From contig JASTWF010000499.1 of assembly GCA_030390025.1 (NCBI GenBank), positions 1 to 64,000 of the forward strand: 64,000 nucleotides of DNA, in the 5' to 3' direction. Below, piece by piece: positions 61,568 through 64,000 of the stretch; the first letter of the stretch is position 1; every line of letters begins with the position of its first letter. Both the position numbers and the translations under genes were made by a program. The stretch is from Squalus acanthias. Its lineage: Eukaryota. The notes below the pieces were generated by a model. The model had not been told where the DNA came from. It ran no database searches and saw only the letters and a program-made list of their open reading frames with translations.

Positions 61568-64000
61568 CATAGAAACATATGAGTAGGCCATTCGGCCCTA
61601 CGAGCCTGCTCCGCCATTCAATATGATCATGGCTCTCTCCCCATACCCCTTGATACATTTTGTGTCTAGAAATCTATCTATCTCCTTCTTAACTAAATTC
61701 AGTGACTTGGCCTCCACTTTCTTCTGTGGTAGAGAATTCCACAGGTTCACCACCCACTGAGTGAAGAAATTTCTCCTCATCACAGAATCCCCACAGTGCA
61801 GATAGAGGCCATTTCGGCCCATCGAGCCTGCACCGACACATATCCCATCCTATCCCCACGTATTTAATCCCCCCTAACACTAAGGGTCAATTTATCATAG
61901 CCAAATCAACCTAACCCGCACATCTCTGGACTGTGGGAGGAAACCGGAGCACCCGGAGGAAACCCACGCAGACACGGGGAGAATGTGCAAACTCCACACA
62001 GACAGTCACCCGAGGCCGGATTCGAACCCGGGTCCCTGGCGCTGTGAGGCAACAGTGCTAACCACTATGCCACCGTGCTGCCCTTCACATTTATCTCAGT
62101 CCTAAATGTCCTACCCCGTATCCTGAGACTGTGACCCTTCATTCTAGAGCCCTCAGCCAGGGGAAATATCCTCCCTGCATCCAGTCTGTCTAGCCCTGTC
62201 AGAATTTGATACGATTCAATGAGATCCCCTCTCATTCTTCTAAACTCTAGTGAATACAGGCCTAGTCGACCCAATCTCTCCTCATACGACAGTCCTGTAA
62301 TCCCAGGAATCAGTCTGGTGAACCTTCGCTGCACTCCCTCTATGGCAAGTATATCCTTTCTTAGGTAAGGAGAACAAAACTGCACACAGTACTCCAGGTG
62401 TGGTCTCACCAAGGCCCTGTATAACTGTAGTAAGACATCCTTGCTCCTGTACTCAAATCCTCTTGCAATGAATGCCAACATACCATTTGCCTTCCTAACT
62501 GCTTGCTGCACCTGCATGTTTGCTTTCAGTGACTGGTGTACAAGGACACCCAGGTCCCTTTGTACATTTGTACTTTGTACCTCAGCATTTCCCAATCTAG
62601 CACTATTTAAATATTACTCTACCTTTCTGTTTTTCCTACCTAAGTGGATAACTTCACATTTATCCACGTTATCCTGCATCTGCCATGTATTTACCCACTC
62701 ACTCAACTTGTCTAAATCGCCTTGAAGCCTCTTTGCATCCTCCTCACAATCCCACCTAGTTTCGTGTCGTCAGCAAACTTGGAAATATTACATTTGGTTC
62801 CCTCATCCAAATCATTGATATATATTGTGAATAGCTGGGGCCCAAGCACTGATCCTTGCGGTACCCCACTAGTCACCGCATGCCACCCCGAAAAAGACCC
62901 ATTTATTCCTACTCTCTGTTTCTTGTCTGTTAACCAATTTTCAATACATGCCAGTATATTACCCCCAATCCCATGTGCTTTAATTTTGCACACTAACCTC
63001 TTATGTGGGACTTTATCAAAGGCTTTCTGAAAATCCAAATACATCACATCCACTGGTTCTCCCTTATCTATTCTACCGGTTACATCCTCAAAAAACTCCA
63101 GTAGGTTTGTCAAACACGGTTTCCCTTTCATAAATCCATGTTGACTTTGTCTAATCCCTTTGATATTTTCTAAGTGTCCTGTTATCACATCCTTTATAAT
63201 AGACTCTAGCATTTTCCCTACTACTGATGTTAGGCTAACCGGTCTGTAGTTCCCTGTTTTCTCTCTCCCTCCTTTTTGAAATAGTAGGGTTACATTTGCC
63301 ACCCTCCAATCTGCAGGAACTGTTCCATAATCTATAGAATTTTGGAAGATGACAACCAATGCATCCACTATTTCCATGGCTACCTCTTTTAGTACTCTGA
63401 TATGCAGATTATCAGGCCCTGGGGATTTATCAGCTTTCAGTCCCATTAATTTCACCAGCACCATTTTTTTACTAATACTAATTTCCTTTAATTCCTCCTT
63501 CTCACTAGACCCTTGGTTCCCTGTCATTTCTGGGAAGTTATTTGTGTCCTCTTCCGTGAAGACAGAACCAAAGTATTTGTTTAATTGCTCTGCCATTTCC
63601 TTGTTCCCCATTATAAATTCTCCCGTTTCTGATTGTAAGGGACCTACATTTGTCTTCACTAATCTTTTTCTTTTTACATACTTATAGAAGCTTTTACAAT
63701 CCGCTTTTATGTTCCTTGCAAGTTTACTCTCATACTCTATTTTTCCCCTCTCAATCAATCTCTTGGTCCTTTTTTGCTGAACTATCAACTTCTCCCAATC
63801 CTCAGGCTTGCTACTTTTTCTGGCAACTTTATATGACTCCTCTTTGTATCTAATACTTTCCGTAATTTCTTTTGTTAGCCATGGTTGGGCCGCTTTTCCT
63901 TTTGTGTTTTTGCGCCAGAAAGGAATGTATAACTGTTGCAATTCATGCATTCGTTCCTTAAATGTTAGCCATTGCCTATCCACCGTCATGCCTTTTAATG
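61568..64000 (-). mobile_element. CR1 LINE ORF2 (tether + RT + 3' end), frameshifted, running off the window; contains a SINE
   Basis: ORFs 62712-63989 and 62065-62595 ([25 protein letters not shown]). Confidence 0.93.
61781..62083 (-). mobile_element. HE1-like tRNA SINE inserted in a CR1
   Basis: Closely similar reverse complement of 21726-22036; splits the CR1 sequence TTCTCCTCAT|CTCAGT. Confidence 0.9.

Overview
Eukaryotic, repeat-rich DNA from a cartilaginous fish, judged from the immunoglobulin cluster architecture, HE1/Deu-type SINEs and CR1 LINEs. The one host gene is a complete, apparently intact IgM heavy-chain cluster on the + strand (36951-56744): leader, VH, D/J, Cmu1-Cmu4 with secretory tail, TM1 and TM2. 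Its variable region is partly pre-joined in the germline as VD-[22-RSS...12-RSS]-DJ. The 268-bp RSS-bounded interval is flanked on both sides by the same 8-mer, CAGTGGGT. Collapsing that repeat gives an in-frame CDR3 (CVRDGSGWPWGQG), whereas a precise join is out of frame. The left 35 kb holds 27-bp and 67-bp satellites arranged as a large diverged inverted duplication. It also holds several Penelope-like (Neptune-type RT + GIY-YIG) retroelements, three of them as inverted hairpin insertions with 12-14 bp target duplications. Every PLE terminal repeat carries a minimal hammerhead-ribozyme motif. The rest is CR1/L2 fragments, SINEs, MITE-like elements, a solo LTR and a 243-N assembly gap. Most ORFs in the supplied track are satellite or transposon artefacts. 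All coordinates and comparisons were read by eye; no alignments or searches were run.
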